64,000 nt of DNA, taken from Torpedo marmorata. Its lineage: Eukaryota. Below are positions 26,125 through 38,639 of this stretch, one piece after another. Numbering within the stretch: the first letter of the stretch is position 1; each line of letters begins with the position of its first letter. A program made the position numbers and the translations under genes. The DNA lies in NCBI GenBank assembly GCA_977017645.1, contig OZ360242.1, positions 30,256,001 to 30,320,000 of the forward strand, written 5' to 3'. The notes under the pieces were generated by a model. It had not been told where the DNA came from and did not search any database. It saw nothing but the letters and a program-made list of their open reading frames with translations.

Positions 26125-28010
26125 AACGGGTCTAATATTTAACTGACAATGAAATTTAATTGAACAACAGCAGTAAACTGGCTATTACCTAAACAATTAA
26201 TAAAATATTTGACTTCAGCATTCTATACAAAGGAAGAATCTCAACATGATAGCTGCTGTTAAGAGGGAAGAAATAATGTTTATTTTAATAACCTGCTTTC
26301 ATACATATTTTTACAACAAATTAAGGGCTTCTCAAGGCACCCTAGAGCCAGTGGAATAGTTGTAGACACAACAACCTGTTTTTATGCACAGGCCCCCACT
26401 AACAGCGGTAGGTTTTCTTTTACAGATGTTGGTAGAAGTTCAGAAAGGGCCAGGGCAAACATCTAACACTAATTATGATATGCAAACTTGTATAAACTAA
26501 TGCAAATAGCACCGCTCCACCCCCAAGTCAAAAATGGTGCCTCTCCTATTCCCCACACCACATGGCCCCAATCCACCACAGCATAAGAAGCATGACTTTA
26601 TCTCAAGTACAGACAAACTGTATAACTGCAAAGAGCAAATCAGTTGCACTGCAGTTCCTGAATCGGGAGTTGAAGTGAAACGGCAGACACCACTCAGCTA
26701 AAGTTGGGCAGGAATAGTTTATTTTACTGTAAAATACACTTAATCAGCAATCTTTATGAACAATGTTCTATAGTAAACAACTACTTAGAATGAGTCTCCA
26801 CAAACTCAGCAAGAAAACTCCTGATAGAAAATGCAGAAACATCTCCATGATAACAGGGTGATTTCTCCAGCAAAAAGTGGTAAATGGAGGATGATTATAT
26901 TCCACAAATCATGGGCCTACAATCAGCATAGGTCACTTACAGCTGTGTGATATCCAGGAGTGACTGAGAGAGGAATTACTCCACCATCCCTGCTCTGGCT
27001 ACGAATAGATACAAACCAAATGTGCCCCCCAAATCAGGCTTCTTTACCAGCTGGCTCCCAAAAGCAGCACTAACAGAGCTAGCCTATCTTTCTTTGGTTC
27101 CGTTTCCCTGTCCAACGTCAAATTTACAGATGGAGCCACTGGGGGAGCTCAAATGACTTATCTAAGAATCGCTGAAGTAAAGCAGGCAGAGTCTGCAGTA
27201 TTCATGTGGCGAAAGTGGGACTTTATTTACCACTGATAAAAGGGAAGGGAAAAGTAGGAATCTCAAATATTCACAGCATAATGCACTTTATGTCAAAGCT
27301 TTGAACAACATAAGAATGGCAGTGGCATAGCTGAAATACTTCAGCAAAAGCAGAAACATGCCCATTTAATCCTAACACAGAACATGAACTGCTAAATACC
27401 CCCATAATCTTGCTTTCTATGAGATGATTCAAGGTTCCATGCAATTCAACTGGGTTTCCTTTTTGTTTTGTCAAAGTCTATACCTGGATTCATCGCACAG
27501 AAGGGCTGTGGTTTACCTCATTGTTCCATTCAGAAACCATGATGCACACACGAGCTTTAGAGTTTTGTGGTGTATTCAGATTTTCTTGCTATTAGAGAAG
27601 AGTCTAGGATTGAAAACAGCAAGTAATAACCAGGGCTACAAATGAAACACTTTGTGCCATTGGTTTTAACGTTGCCACATGTATCTGAGTTCCTGCTGTG
27701 AAGTCACTTCCATTCACTTGGGACGTATTGTGCACAGCAGTTTTCTTGGACCATATTTGCACAATAACCCTTGCTTTACTGACCTTGTATGAGCCAGATC
27801 ACGCAACCCTTTGTTATCACCCCTGCAATGTTGAAAGTGATATTAATATTCTAGATTAAATTGTCTCCTGTATCAAATGATGTTCACTAAGAAAGAACTT
27901 GTAATTATATTCCAACCTAAGACCTTATAACCATTGAAGGAGTAATTTTTTTTTGCAATATAGTTATTATTTTAAAATGTGAAATTTATGGTTGGTTTGC
28001 AAACAAATTA

Positions 28011-28727
28011 CAGTAAAACCCCTAGTATCCGGCACCTATGGGGATTGGTAGATGCCTAATAAGTGTATTTTCCAGTTGCTTGAGACTTACTCTTACAATT
28101 ATTCTAACTACCGGTAATATACCTGAATTAAGAATAAACAGTTTAACATACAAAAGACAAAAATACTATACTGAACTTCAAACTTCACTTGCATGAATAT
28201 ATAAACCGTAAAGCATTTTACTTTATTTTCAGTCACATTCTTTGAAAACATTTAAACCGTCGCTGCATCTGCAGATTCCTCTCCCTCCACGGAGCTGCCC
28301 GAAAACCGAACAATAACATTATAGATAATTAACCCCCCCCCCGGAAGTTTACAGATAAAGCCTCTGACTGGGGCGACTCTTACTAAGCAGGGACAAAGAA
28401 ACACTTTCAGAGAATCACCCCAACGGCGAGTGGCATCAACCAGCTCTTCATCCCGGGCGATACCATTTTATTCAAACACAACTTTATTCAAACAGCTGCT
28501 ACGAGTAAAGCACGACCAAGGTACTCCGCTGGCTGAATATTTGCTCCCATCTTCACCAAAGGTTTATGTGTTACTTCAGAGAACATTTACAATTTTAAAT
28601 TTGTGTATTTTTTATCTATTATGTTATTTTTATTTATTTTAAGTTTTAAAATGTATTTTCCTAGATTTTTTTGCTGGTTGCTTGAGGATGCCGGTTGCTT
28701 GAATTCTGGATAACAGGGGTTTTACTG
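28011..28727. mobile_element. Tigger/pogo-like MITE inserted into a DeuSINE remnant (about 27890-28880)
   Basis: TA|CAGTAAAACCCCT ... AGGGGTTTTACTG|TA; shorter relative at 57171-57406. Confidence 0.88.
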
Positions 28728-29264
28728 TATACACAGCAAGGTCTCACATATCACATAATAATAATAATAAACTCAACTGTTTTATTGAGAATAGTTGGAG
28801 TAAAGTTTGTCCAGGGTGAACTCAGTTTAAAGCCTTAATTGACTGACATCACATCAGACGATGCTGCATTCCCTCAAGGGGTTGCTTGGATTTTGTCCAT
28901 GGGTTTCCACAGAGAGATGAGAGCACCTCACTCGGCAAAGGCTTCTTAGTATATGCAGCCCGACTTACTATACACTGTTTTTCTCTGATCAATGAGAGGT
29001 TAGTAGCAGTAAAGCAGAACAATATGTACCATGTGTTAATAAGATGTAATGTAACTGGACTATTTGCAGTGTCACTATTTGTCATAATTCAGTGAAAAGT
29101 TTTGTCATTACTGCTGCAGCTCGTCTCCACTTCCTCAAATTTCCCTTCAATAAGTGCACAAAACTTTACCTGATTTGAGCAAGGCCATTGGTCTGTAACT
29201 TCCACTGGATAGAAAAAGGCAGAATTGCAGAACTCATTTTTCTTTCTTCTTTTTAAAAAAAAAT

Positions 29265-29462
29265 TAATTAAAAAAAAATCTTAGACATACAGCACGGTAA
29301 CAGGCCCTTCCGGCCCACAAGTCCGTGTCACCAAATGCCCCAATTACCGGTAACCTACAATCCCCGTACGTTTTGAAAGGTGGGGGGGAAACCAGAGCGT
29401 CCAGAGGAAACCCACGCAGACACGGGGAGAATGTACAAACTCCTTACAGACGGCGCCGGATT
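29265..29462 (-). mobile_element. 5'-truncated V-SINE
   Basis: Tail and V-domain of the family; head missing; carries an extra CCGGTA at 29347-29352. Confidence 0.85.
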
Positions 29463-30204
29463 TCTTAAAAGACAATTAAAGACTCCAGATTCAGTCTAAT
29501 AAAGGGGGAATTTGAACCATTCATTTGCTGTAAGCAAGTGCCATTAATTACTGTGCAATCGAAACAAGATAAAACGGAAAAGGGATGTGCTTCATTTACA
29601 TTTGAGAATGGGAGAAGGGAAAGGAGAAGAAATTACATCTTAATAATTGTGGATTATTGCACTCAGAAAGTTTGTCGGCTTCATTTGATTTCTGTGCAGA
29701 AAATTGATTGCAGCTTTGGTTGTTTTTGCATGTCGATTGAGCCCTGTACCCAGTGGCTCCTGGGAGTTTAAACAGGCGTTTTAAAAAGGGGTTGGAAAAT
29801 CTCTGTGTCCCCAATGTTGCAAACGTGCAGTAGCCTGCAAATGTTTCCTTGCATTAAACACTGTCAAATTACAGACTAACACTCAATGTGAACAACAACA
29901 CTGATCTCGGGTCTAAGGACAGGGATCAGAACAAGCGCTGTTTTTAAGTCCAGACTTAATTCAGTCTGTTAGCTCCAAAGGTGGTTTTGAAAAGACATTG
30001 CAAAGGTGGGAAGTTTAACGCTACATTAATGTGCAGTAAGAGTAAATGTTATATTGTTTGCTTTATTGTGTTTTAAATTCAAAATTGAATCAAGCATGAG
30101 GGTTTTTTTTTGCATTGTCGATTGGTTAATACTGTGGACCATTATCGAGTAGATCCTGACTGTACTGTCTCTCCCTACCCTTCCCAACCCTCTCCCCAAA
30201 TCAG

Positions 30205-30381
30205 GTGATGCCTACCCCGGTGGCTCAACTCCTTTTCTTGGGGGTTTCGTCGCCAGTGGCCTAGGGACCTCGACTGCACCTCATGGAACCCCTGCTCCTT
30301 TGCCCTCTGACCCTTCCTTCCGTGGACCCCACCCCATAAATATCCAGATGGCACAACTCTGGGTGGCACACCCTCATGAAG
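30205..30381 (+). CDS. TNRC18: TNRC18 internal coding exon (N-terminal region), 177 nt, phase 1-1
   Basis: Pyrimidine tract plus aatcAG acceptor at 30203-30204 and donor G|GTAAAA at 30382. Translates (G)DAYPGGSTPFLGGFVASGLGTSTAPHGTPAPLPSDPSFRGPHPINIQMAQLWVAHPHE(G), matching recalled vertebrate TNRC18 FLGSFVASGMG...PLPSDLSFRSP...MVQLWAAHAHEG. Not in the ORF track. Confidence 0.92.
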
Positions 30382-30999
30382 GTAAAAAAAAATAATTCTC
30401 AACTGCACTGGGGTTTTGGGTTTTAAGTCTGCTGTTGAGCTGAACAAAGGGCTTAAGCAATCAGCCGTTTCATGTATTGCAACGCCCTTGGTGAAATGGT
30501 CTAGAAATCCATAAGTAGCAACAGTTGTGGGATTTCAGTGTTAGTTCTCCCACGCAAAGCATTTGGAACTAGCCACAGCCAATTATCACTTTGTTATTTC
30601 CCCTATGAACAATCATCTACAGTTACCCAATTGCCTGGCAATCAAAGAATGGCATGTGTTGGTTTAGCGATCAAGACATTCTCTCGGGAGTCAGGGAGCA
30701 TTTTGTGTGCTTGCAATCTCTAATCTATGTTACCAATTGAAGAGCAAATCTTGAAGTCTCTTTTCTTCTAAACTGAAACTTGGTTCCAGCTTGCTAAAAG
30801 TCCTGGATCATATTCACACTTTCTTTCAAGGACTAAGAATTGTGTGGAGTCAACAGAAACTGTTCCCCTTTGCTTGGAGGAGGTTAATGGATGATTTCAT
30901 GGAGGTGTGCAAAATAATGAATGATGGAGCAAACAAGGTATGCAATCAAGAACCAGGCCACATTCCATCCTTCTATCCTCCTGACCTAGACTAATCTCC

Positions 31000-31325
31000 T
31001 TCCCCCACCTGGGTCTATCCACCCACCATCCACATCCCTGTGTACCTATTGTTTCTTCTCCCTTAGTTTACCTTTCCTATCCACTCCCTTGCCTGGATCA
31101 TTCTTTCCATCACCCCCCCTCGCCTGCTCCCACCTATTACTTGGCAGTCCCTGTCTCACCCCTCCCTCTCACTCCTATATGCTGGCTGTCCTTCCTCTAT
31201 CTTCTCAGTCTTGATTGGAAAAGTCGACTATCCTTTTGCCTCCACAGATGCTGCCTGCCCGCCGAGTCTTTCATGCACTTTATTTTTGCTCAAGATCCCA
31301 GCACCAAGAATCTCTTGTATGTCAT
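31000..31325 (+). mobile_element. Older Penelope-type 3' fragment
   Basis: Pyrimidine-rich UTR followed by ttttgcctccacagatgctgcctgcccgccgagt...ttttgctcaagatcccagca. Confidence 0.55.
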
Positions 31326-31368
31326 ATTTGATTTAAGGAAATACGTAGAAAGCAACAAACAAATAGTT

Positions 31369-31862
31369 TAAAAAAATTGTTTATTTTTCACAGTGTAAAC
31401 ATAGTCATACAATTTCCAATTGTATACAACATCATTATTAAATTTCCCCTCCCTCCCCCAACTAAAAAAGGAAAAGGACAAACCTAAAAAAAACCATAAC
31501 ATACAAATAACGAGAAAAGAAAACTAAACGTAGCGTCAGTGCTTACATTGCTTTTCCCACCTTTTTGGAGACATCACATCATTGATTTTAATACATTACA
31601 TTTTACTGTACCTTGGGGTTTAGATTATAACTGGGCCCCAATATATTCCAGATATGGTTGCCACACCTTAACAAATGTGTCATATTTGTTCCTGATATTA
31701 TATGTGATTTTCTCCATGGGAATACAGCTGCGTATTTCTGCTGACCATCGAGTGATAAGAAGGGGGGAGTCGGACTTCCAAGTTATTGCTATACATTTCT
31801 TTGCCACGGACAAAGCAACCTTTACAAATTGAATTTGAAATTTAGATAATTTGTAGCTTATG
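31369..31862 (-). mobile_element. L1 3' fragment
   Basis: Minus ORF VAKKCIAITWKSD...IPMEKITY...WQPYLEY is homologous to the end of the 6868 L1; TSD GCAACAAACAAAT(A/T)GTT at 31352-31368 and 31863-31879. Confidence 0.88.
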
Positions 31863-32904
31863 GCAACAAACAAATTGTTATTGGTGAAAGGTCTAGGTGT
31901 GAAAGGAGATATTTTTATGCAGCAAGATGCTATGATCTGTAGTGTACTGAATGAAAGCAACACATTTAATTGTTATCTTCAAAATGGAGTTGAATATACT
32001 TGAAAAGGAAATAATCGATAGAGCAATGGGGAAGGGTGTGGGAAGGAGATTAACTGAATCCTTCTTATTAAAGGCCAATTCGCAGAGGATGGGCTGTACT
32101 ATACCCTCTGTATGATAAGATTCTGTGATAAAGGTAAAAAAGTAGGATGGCACTGCATCAGAGAAATTGACCTGGATTAGCCTTTGTAATTGAAGATTAG
32201 CAAAGATGGGAATGATGAAGAAATATTTCCAGCATTTCCAAATCTTGGCATTCTTATTGCCCTCACCCACCTTCTCTCATCAAAGATCACAGAGAAACAT
32301 TACTTCTTTGGGAGTAGGTTTAACTTTATACTACCGTGGCTGCCTTTTCTATTGTTGTGAAGAGATTTATTTTTTCACCATCTTGCATTCGCCAGAGGTC
32401 ACTGCCCTCCTCACACTGATCTCATCTCATCCCCAAGGTCTCTCAAGCCCTCCCAGAATTGCCTTGGAGAATTTTGGAAACCACATTTTTATTTCCTGGT
32501 CACTACGATAATATTGAAGAAAATAAAACATCTTGAGGCTACTAAAAACTTTTTATTTTCCTTTTGAACTTTATGTCATAAAAATGTTAGGGATAACATA
32601 GAAGGCGGTTGGACTGGGTGGATCGGCTGGTAATGGAGGTCATGGAGTGACAGGTAGCTGGAGTTGGGAACCTTTACTGTGTTGCTTCGCAAAGATCTGC
32701 GTAAAATCCAGACAATATTGTGCATTCTGTTGTGTTAATGTGCCTTTATATCCCTGAAACTTATCTGAGGTTGTCATTTGGAAGTGGAAGTTGCTGGTTT
32801 AATTGGTGAATTGCACTGTATTATTCAACCTATGGCAGACATCAGTGAATGGTCATCACCCTCTAAAATGTAAAAATTTTGTACGACCCCATCCACTTCC
32901 CTAC

Positions 32905-33310
32905 ACCCATAAATTGGAGGAGCAACACCTAATATTCCGTCTGGGCACTCTCCAACTCGATGGCATTAACATCTACTTCTCCAGTTTATGCTAGCCCACT
33001 CCCTGTTCTCGCTCTCTTCCCTATCCCTCTATCTTCTTTCCTCCAGCTCTCCACTCCCTTCCCTCTCCATTCACAGAGCTATCCCCCCTCCCCCTGCTTG
33101 CAGTTGTGCCCTCCCTCCCTTGTCCACCTATTACCTCTTGCCTGTGGGCCTGTGCTCCTCCTCCTGCCCCTCTCCCCAACCATTTATTCAGGCGCCTGCC
33201 TATATTTTGCTCATACCTTGATGAAGGGCTCAGGCCCGAAATGTTGGTTATGTATCGTTATCTTTGCTATATAAAGTATTCTGTTTGACTTGCTGCGTTT
33301 CTCCAGCATC
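32905..33310 (+). mobile_element. Penelope-like 3' fragment with hammerhead-like motif
   Basis: KLEEQHLIFRLGTLQLDGINIYFS, then UTR and cataccttgatgaagggctcaggcccgaaatgttggttatg. Confidence 0.88.
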
Positions 33311-34409
33311 CCTTTGTAAGGGATGTCCTTTGTAAACTAAGGACATTTACCGAATCATTGCATTTCTTTAAGTTGATAGTTGTCTTAGTTCAGACATGGT
33401 AGTTTGGAACTCCCTTGGTGACTCAGCCACCTGGTTTCTTTGGCTCTGTGTCAGAACTCCTTGCCCTATGATATTCATGTTGGGACACTTTGCTGTGCTA
33501 AAGGTGCTGTTTTATAAGGACGTATAACAAGGGAGATTCTTGGCGTCAACAAATCAATTCACTTCTCAGGCTGGCCTCTCACTTTGGAAATCAAGATGTT
33601 TCAGGAGTTCAGGCTCAAGCAGATTGATTGTCTTCCAGCTGCAGGAACTCAACTGTTTCAGCAAAACCTGGACAGCTGAGCAGAGATTTCCTGCTCGACT
33701 GGATCCTTTAATTTATCCTTAATTGATCCAGAACTTCACCTTAGCCAAAAGCTACCAATATGTCAACATTTTCTCTCTCTACTCCTCATCCCTATTTCAG
33801 TGTACTAAAAAGAATGAGACTGGGTCATGTTTCCATCAAGAACTTGAAAGAAGAATTAGTACAAAGGTAAAGTCTAACTTTTGAAAAGTTTGAAGTGATT
33901 GGTCATCCCCAAGTCCCCCAGGTGGTCTCTTTGAAATCCCACCCATGGTCTCTCTGCAATCTCACCTACAGAGAACACCATTGAAATAAAATAGGCCCCT
34001 AGGAGAGTGACCTCCCCACACATTGTGTGAATCCTGGTTCTACTAATGTTTCAGAAAAAGGTTCTCTCTAACATACACTTCAGATTTGTCCTTGTATTCT
34101 ATTTAAAACTGAATTTTGTTGCTTTCACTCTCCCAGACCAACTGAGTGATGTTCTACTTGGAGGTAGAATCCCAAATTTCAAAGATAATATCAAAAAGAG
34201 TATGGCAACTTGAGGCAATGTGTCCTATAGATCGAATGCAGTGGTATTGGTGGAGGGAGTGCTTATTGGTGGTAAATAGAGTGCCAGTCAAATCAGTTGT
34301 TCTGACCTTGATGGTTTTGTACTTCTTGAGAGTGTTGATGGAGCTTTACTTATGCATGCAAGTGGAACACCTTCAGACTCCGAGCTTGTATCTCGCAAGT
34401 CCCTCTCTG

Positions 34410-35151
34410 AGATTTCATATTCAGATTTATTGTCAGAGTACATGACATCACATACAACCCTGAGATTCTTTTTCCTGCGGGCGAGGCAGAATTACCACTT
34501 ATTGGTAGTGCAAAAAAAAACTGTACACAACGTACACATGTAAACAAATTCAGAAATGTAAACAAATTGTGCAATTCAAAGAAAAAAAAATAAATTGCAA
34601 AAGTAAGAGTCCTTAAATGAGTCCCTGATTGAGTTTGTTGTTGAGGAGTTTGATGGTGGAGGGGTAACAGCTGATCCTGAACCTGGTGGTGCGAGTCTTG
34701 TGGCACCTATACGTCTTTCCTCATGGTAGCAGCGAGAGCAGAGCGTGTGCTGGGTGACGTGGATCCATGATGATTGTTGCTGCTCTCTGACAGCAGCGTT
34801 CCCTGGATGTTCTCGATGATGGGGAGGATTTTGCCTGTGACGTCCTGGGCTGTATCCACTACTTTTTGCAGGGCTTTACGCTCAGGGGTATTGGTATCCC
34901 CCTACCAGACTGTGATGCAGCTGGTCAGCACACTTTCCACCACACATCTGTAGAAATTTGCCAGGGCTTCCAATGTCATATCAAACCACCGCAAACTCTT
35001 GAGGAAGTAGAGGCCCTGACGTACTCTCTTCATGATGCCATTAGAGTGTTGGGTCCAGGAACGATCCTCTGAGATAGTGACTCCCAAGAACTTAAATTTG
35101 CTCACCCTCTCCACCTCTGATCCCCAATGATCACTGGATCGTACACCTCTG
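34410..35151 (-). mobile_element. Rex/Babar-like LINE 3' fragment (subfamily B)
   Basis: ERVSKFKFLGVTISEDRSW...FYRCVVESVLTSCITVW; tail gacaataaatctga on minus. Confidence 0.85.
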
Positions 35152-35249
35152 CAAAATAAGAGGTTCTGTTCTAAGAAAACTCCAGTAATTGTGTGAAGGA
35201 CATGTCCATTTCTGAGGTGTCCAAGATTGACAGATATAGATAGTCAGCA

Positions 35250-35440
35250 ATAATTACAATAAGGAATTCAAGAGAAGCTTCCTTATCCAAGAGGTGATGA
35301 GAATATGGAGCTGTTTACCTCCAAGTAGATGCTTTAAAAAAGAAAGTGAGATCACATGAGGAGAAAAGGAACTAGTTGTGGTGACACAGTGGGACGAGGT
35401 AGATTGGAAGAAACTGTTCAACTGGCTTTTGGTATAAAGT
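35250..35440 (+). mobile_element. Old CR1 3' fragment
   Basis: aataaggaattcaagagaagcttccttatccaagaggtgatgagaatatggagc resembles the CR1 ORF2 end; similar relic at about 47060-47520. Confidence 0.55.
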
Positions 35441-37079
35441 ACAAATCATTTTTTTCTTCCCACCACCCTCATTCCTTCCCTTTCCAGATTGTCTTCCTTC
35501 ACCAGTTCCTCGCAGAAGATGCCTTGCAATGGTGCAACCAAGAGAGAGGGATAGTGCTTCTTCATGCTTGCTGCACAACTACCTATCCCACTCTTGCAGT
35601 CAGCACTGAATTTATTTCCACTGGTTCAGTTAAGTTTTCAAGGAAAGAAAGTGAATTCAGTCTTCTGTTGCAATATTAAGCATTAATTATCTCATTATTA
35701 ACTCAACTCTCCAGTTCCACACCCAGTCAATCAGGCTAATGCGGAAAAGGAGTCATTGAAGGGTTAACAATATAGCCTTGATCACCAGCAATCTCTTGTG
35801 TTCAAGGCAAGCCCAGCATTTCACTCTTTTGTTGAACCCACATGGACACTTAAATAGTGAATAATGAATGAATCAATATAAATCCATTTTCAGCAGTGAT
35901 TTGAATGGTTATTGGAACGAATTTCACTTTTTGTTCATATTCCATTTACCCATCAAATGAAGTTCCCCTCTCCACAGATTGGAATTAACCCATTCATGAT
36001 AGGACGCTTACATGCAGGATTCCATTTGAACAATTGTGTTCTCATTTCCAGAAATGACATTGCACTGAAGTAGTGAGTGGAATTGTGGTTATTGGTGTTT
36101 TTTTAACAATGTTGGTATAACTGAAAAAACATATTTATTGTTGACGTTAATAATTTTATAGGACAAATTATGGCTCACAGAGCTAATAATTTGATTTAGT
36201 AAGTGGCTGCTTACTTTTGTGAATGCATGGGACACAATGGATACTGAAATTCTGAAGGGACAGTGTCAGAAATAACCGATTGCCAAACCAAATTGAGACC
36301 ATTCAGGGACTTGCGTAGATCTGTTGCTCAGAGATTTATGGTTGCTCAAAGGTTATGCTCAGTTACTCAGAAATTGAATGTGTTAAGTTCCAACCAGCCG
36401 CTGTGAGCTCAGTTACACCCATGCACACAGTTGTCTTTGGCTATCTAGCACCTATTTTATGAGAAACCAGGGAAGGCTCAGTACCAACTAGTGAAATGGG
36501 GCTGGGGTTTTGCTTCTTATTAGCTTGGCACTCATTAGCTGAAAACATTGCTAAATAAACCAAGTAGGGTTAAACCAGATGATTTTACTCCGAAAACAGA
36601 AAGCCACTTTTTTTTCTTAATTTCACTTAATGTGATGATATCAAGGTAGCAGTTCCTTCTTTTCTTTCATTATGACTATCCTGAAGGCACTGACTCTGCT
36701 AAAGTATAATTTTATCAACCACTTCTGTTGCCGAAGAGCTTGTCCAAGAATTGGCCTTGCATTCCGTTATGCGGTGAAACAATTCTACCTCACCCTCCAT
36801 TTATTGGTGTCCACTCTAGGATGGATAGTAATCAGAAAATCAATACACACTTCCTCCTTATCTGTCGTGTACTCTTCACAGTGTTTGAGTCAATAGCTTC
36901 AATAACCTTCTCCAGATCTTTCCTGTTTCCCATTGGTGCCATTTGTTCCTATGAAGATCATTTCCAATTATATCAAGGCTTTCCTAACCCATACCTTGCT
37001 TTCTTTAGGATTGCAGAAAGATTCATTCTTTTCACCCCTCCTCCTTTTCTTCACTATTATGCAGCTTCATCCAAGTCGT

Positions 37080-37340
37080 TGAGACACGTGACTGCAGATG
37101 CCGGAATCTGGGGCAAAAAATAAACTGCTGGAAGAACTCACCAGGTCAAGCAGCATGCGTGGACGCAAAGGGATGGTCAATGTTTCAGGTCGAGGTCCTG
37201 AATCATGACTGGACAGGACATGTACAGGAACCTGATGCAGGGTCTTGACCTGTAACTCCACGCATCCCTTTGGCTCCACAAATGCTGCCTGACATGCAGC
37301 ACTTTCCAGAAACTTCTTCCAGCCAGTTTGTTTTTGCTCA
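37080..37340. mobile_element. Fold-back Penelope-derived element (older family)
   Basis: actgcagatgccggaatctgg...aaactgctggaagaactc and inverted tgctgcctgac...ttcttccagccagtttgtttttgctc; cctgatgcagggtcttgacc in the right arm. Confidence 0.65.
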
Positions 37341-38359
37341 TCCAAATCATGTTGTCAACTTCCATGTAGTTGTTGACAATACCCAACTCTTCCTCTCGAC
37401 CACTTCCCACCATTGTCTCTGCTCGCACACCAGCCTGAATGAGCTTCAATTTCCTCCTTAGATACAGGAAAAAATTTCAAGGCACTCTCTGCATACTGGT
37501 TGCACCCACCCAACCCAAATCTTTTCCACCACAAAGATTATCTACCTGAGCAACATTGCCCTTCTTTGCCCCTGCCTCAATTTGTTATCTATATGCTTAG
37601 ATCATCCAAAACGATGACTTTAACAACAGAACTTGCACAAGCTTTGAATTGGATTGTGTGGTACTGTTTTCTTCAGTGATATGTGTTTGAAAATTTATTT
37701 CCCCGCAGTGAAGCATGTGACAGCTTTGTCAGGGTCTGTGCATGTCACCATGGAAACTGAACCAGGCATGTTCTGGCATGAATGAAGCTTTTATCTCTGA
37801 TGTAACTTCTGTATCCAATGTCCACCAAATGGCATCGTTCCTCATGAAAGCTCCTTTTGGAGAATTACTGGGGAAATTAGATCATGTTGCTCCAAAGAGC
37901 TCTCATCATTGCTGACTCTCTGAACAACTAAGTTTTACCAGCAATAAGATAATTTCCATAGTTAGCTTTTATCTGCAGGTTACCTACATTCCATCCCTGC
38001 CGTCTCACTCCCCACCATCTCCGTACCACCCCTCCTTCCACCACCCCCATCATCGACTGAACACATCTCCCAATGACTTCTGGATCAGAGCTTAAAATAT
38101 TTCCAATCCCTCAATAGCCTCTGATTCTTTGATTGATGAAAATGGGCCCACTTCCTCACATCCCACCTCCAATGGCCAATCCAACAACCCTGCCTTCTCT
38201 TCCTGGTTGCAGCTTCCCGATAACCACATTATGAATGTGGGTCTTCAGAGAGACTAGCGCCAAGAAAAGGAGTAAATCTTTCAATTCGATCTCAGCTTCA
38301 GCTCCATCCACCTACCTTGCTTCCATAAACATCCTTGCCCAACAAAAATCTATTAATGG

Positions 38360-38620
38360 GGAGACTACAGATGCTGGAAGCTGGAGCACAAGAATAATTT
38401 GCTGGAGGAACTCAGCAGGTCAAGCAACATCAGTGCAAGAAAAAGAATAGTTGACGTTTCGGCCAGGAGCCCTTCATCAAGATCAAGATTAATCGATCAA
38501 ATCTATTGGTCTTAGATTTGTGCACCCCAGATCACAAACTTTTCCTACACCGCTCCTCTTTGCAAGTTAATGCATCTTTGATTTCTAACCTTTCCACATT
38601 CTGGTGAAAGGTCTTTGAAC
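38360..38620. mobile_element. Penelope-derived terminal fragment(s)
   Basis: gagactacagatgctggaag...gctggaggaactcagcagg...ttgacgtttcggccaggagcccttcatcaaga (minus terminus). Confidence 0.7.
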
Positions 38621-38639
38621 CTTCTCAGGGTGTGGCTTG

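Noticed and set aside
30175-30447. Minus-strand 90-aa ORF
   Set aside because: Antisense shadow of the real + strand TNRC18 exon 30205-30381.
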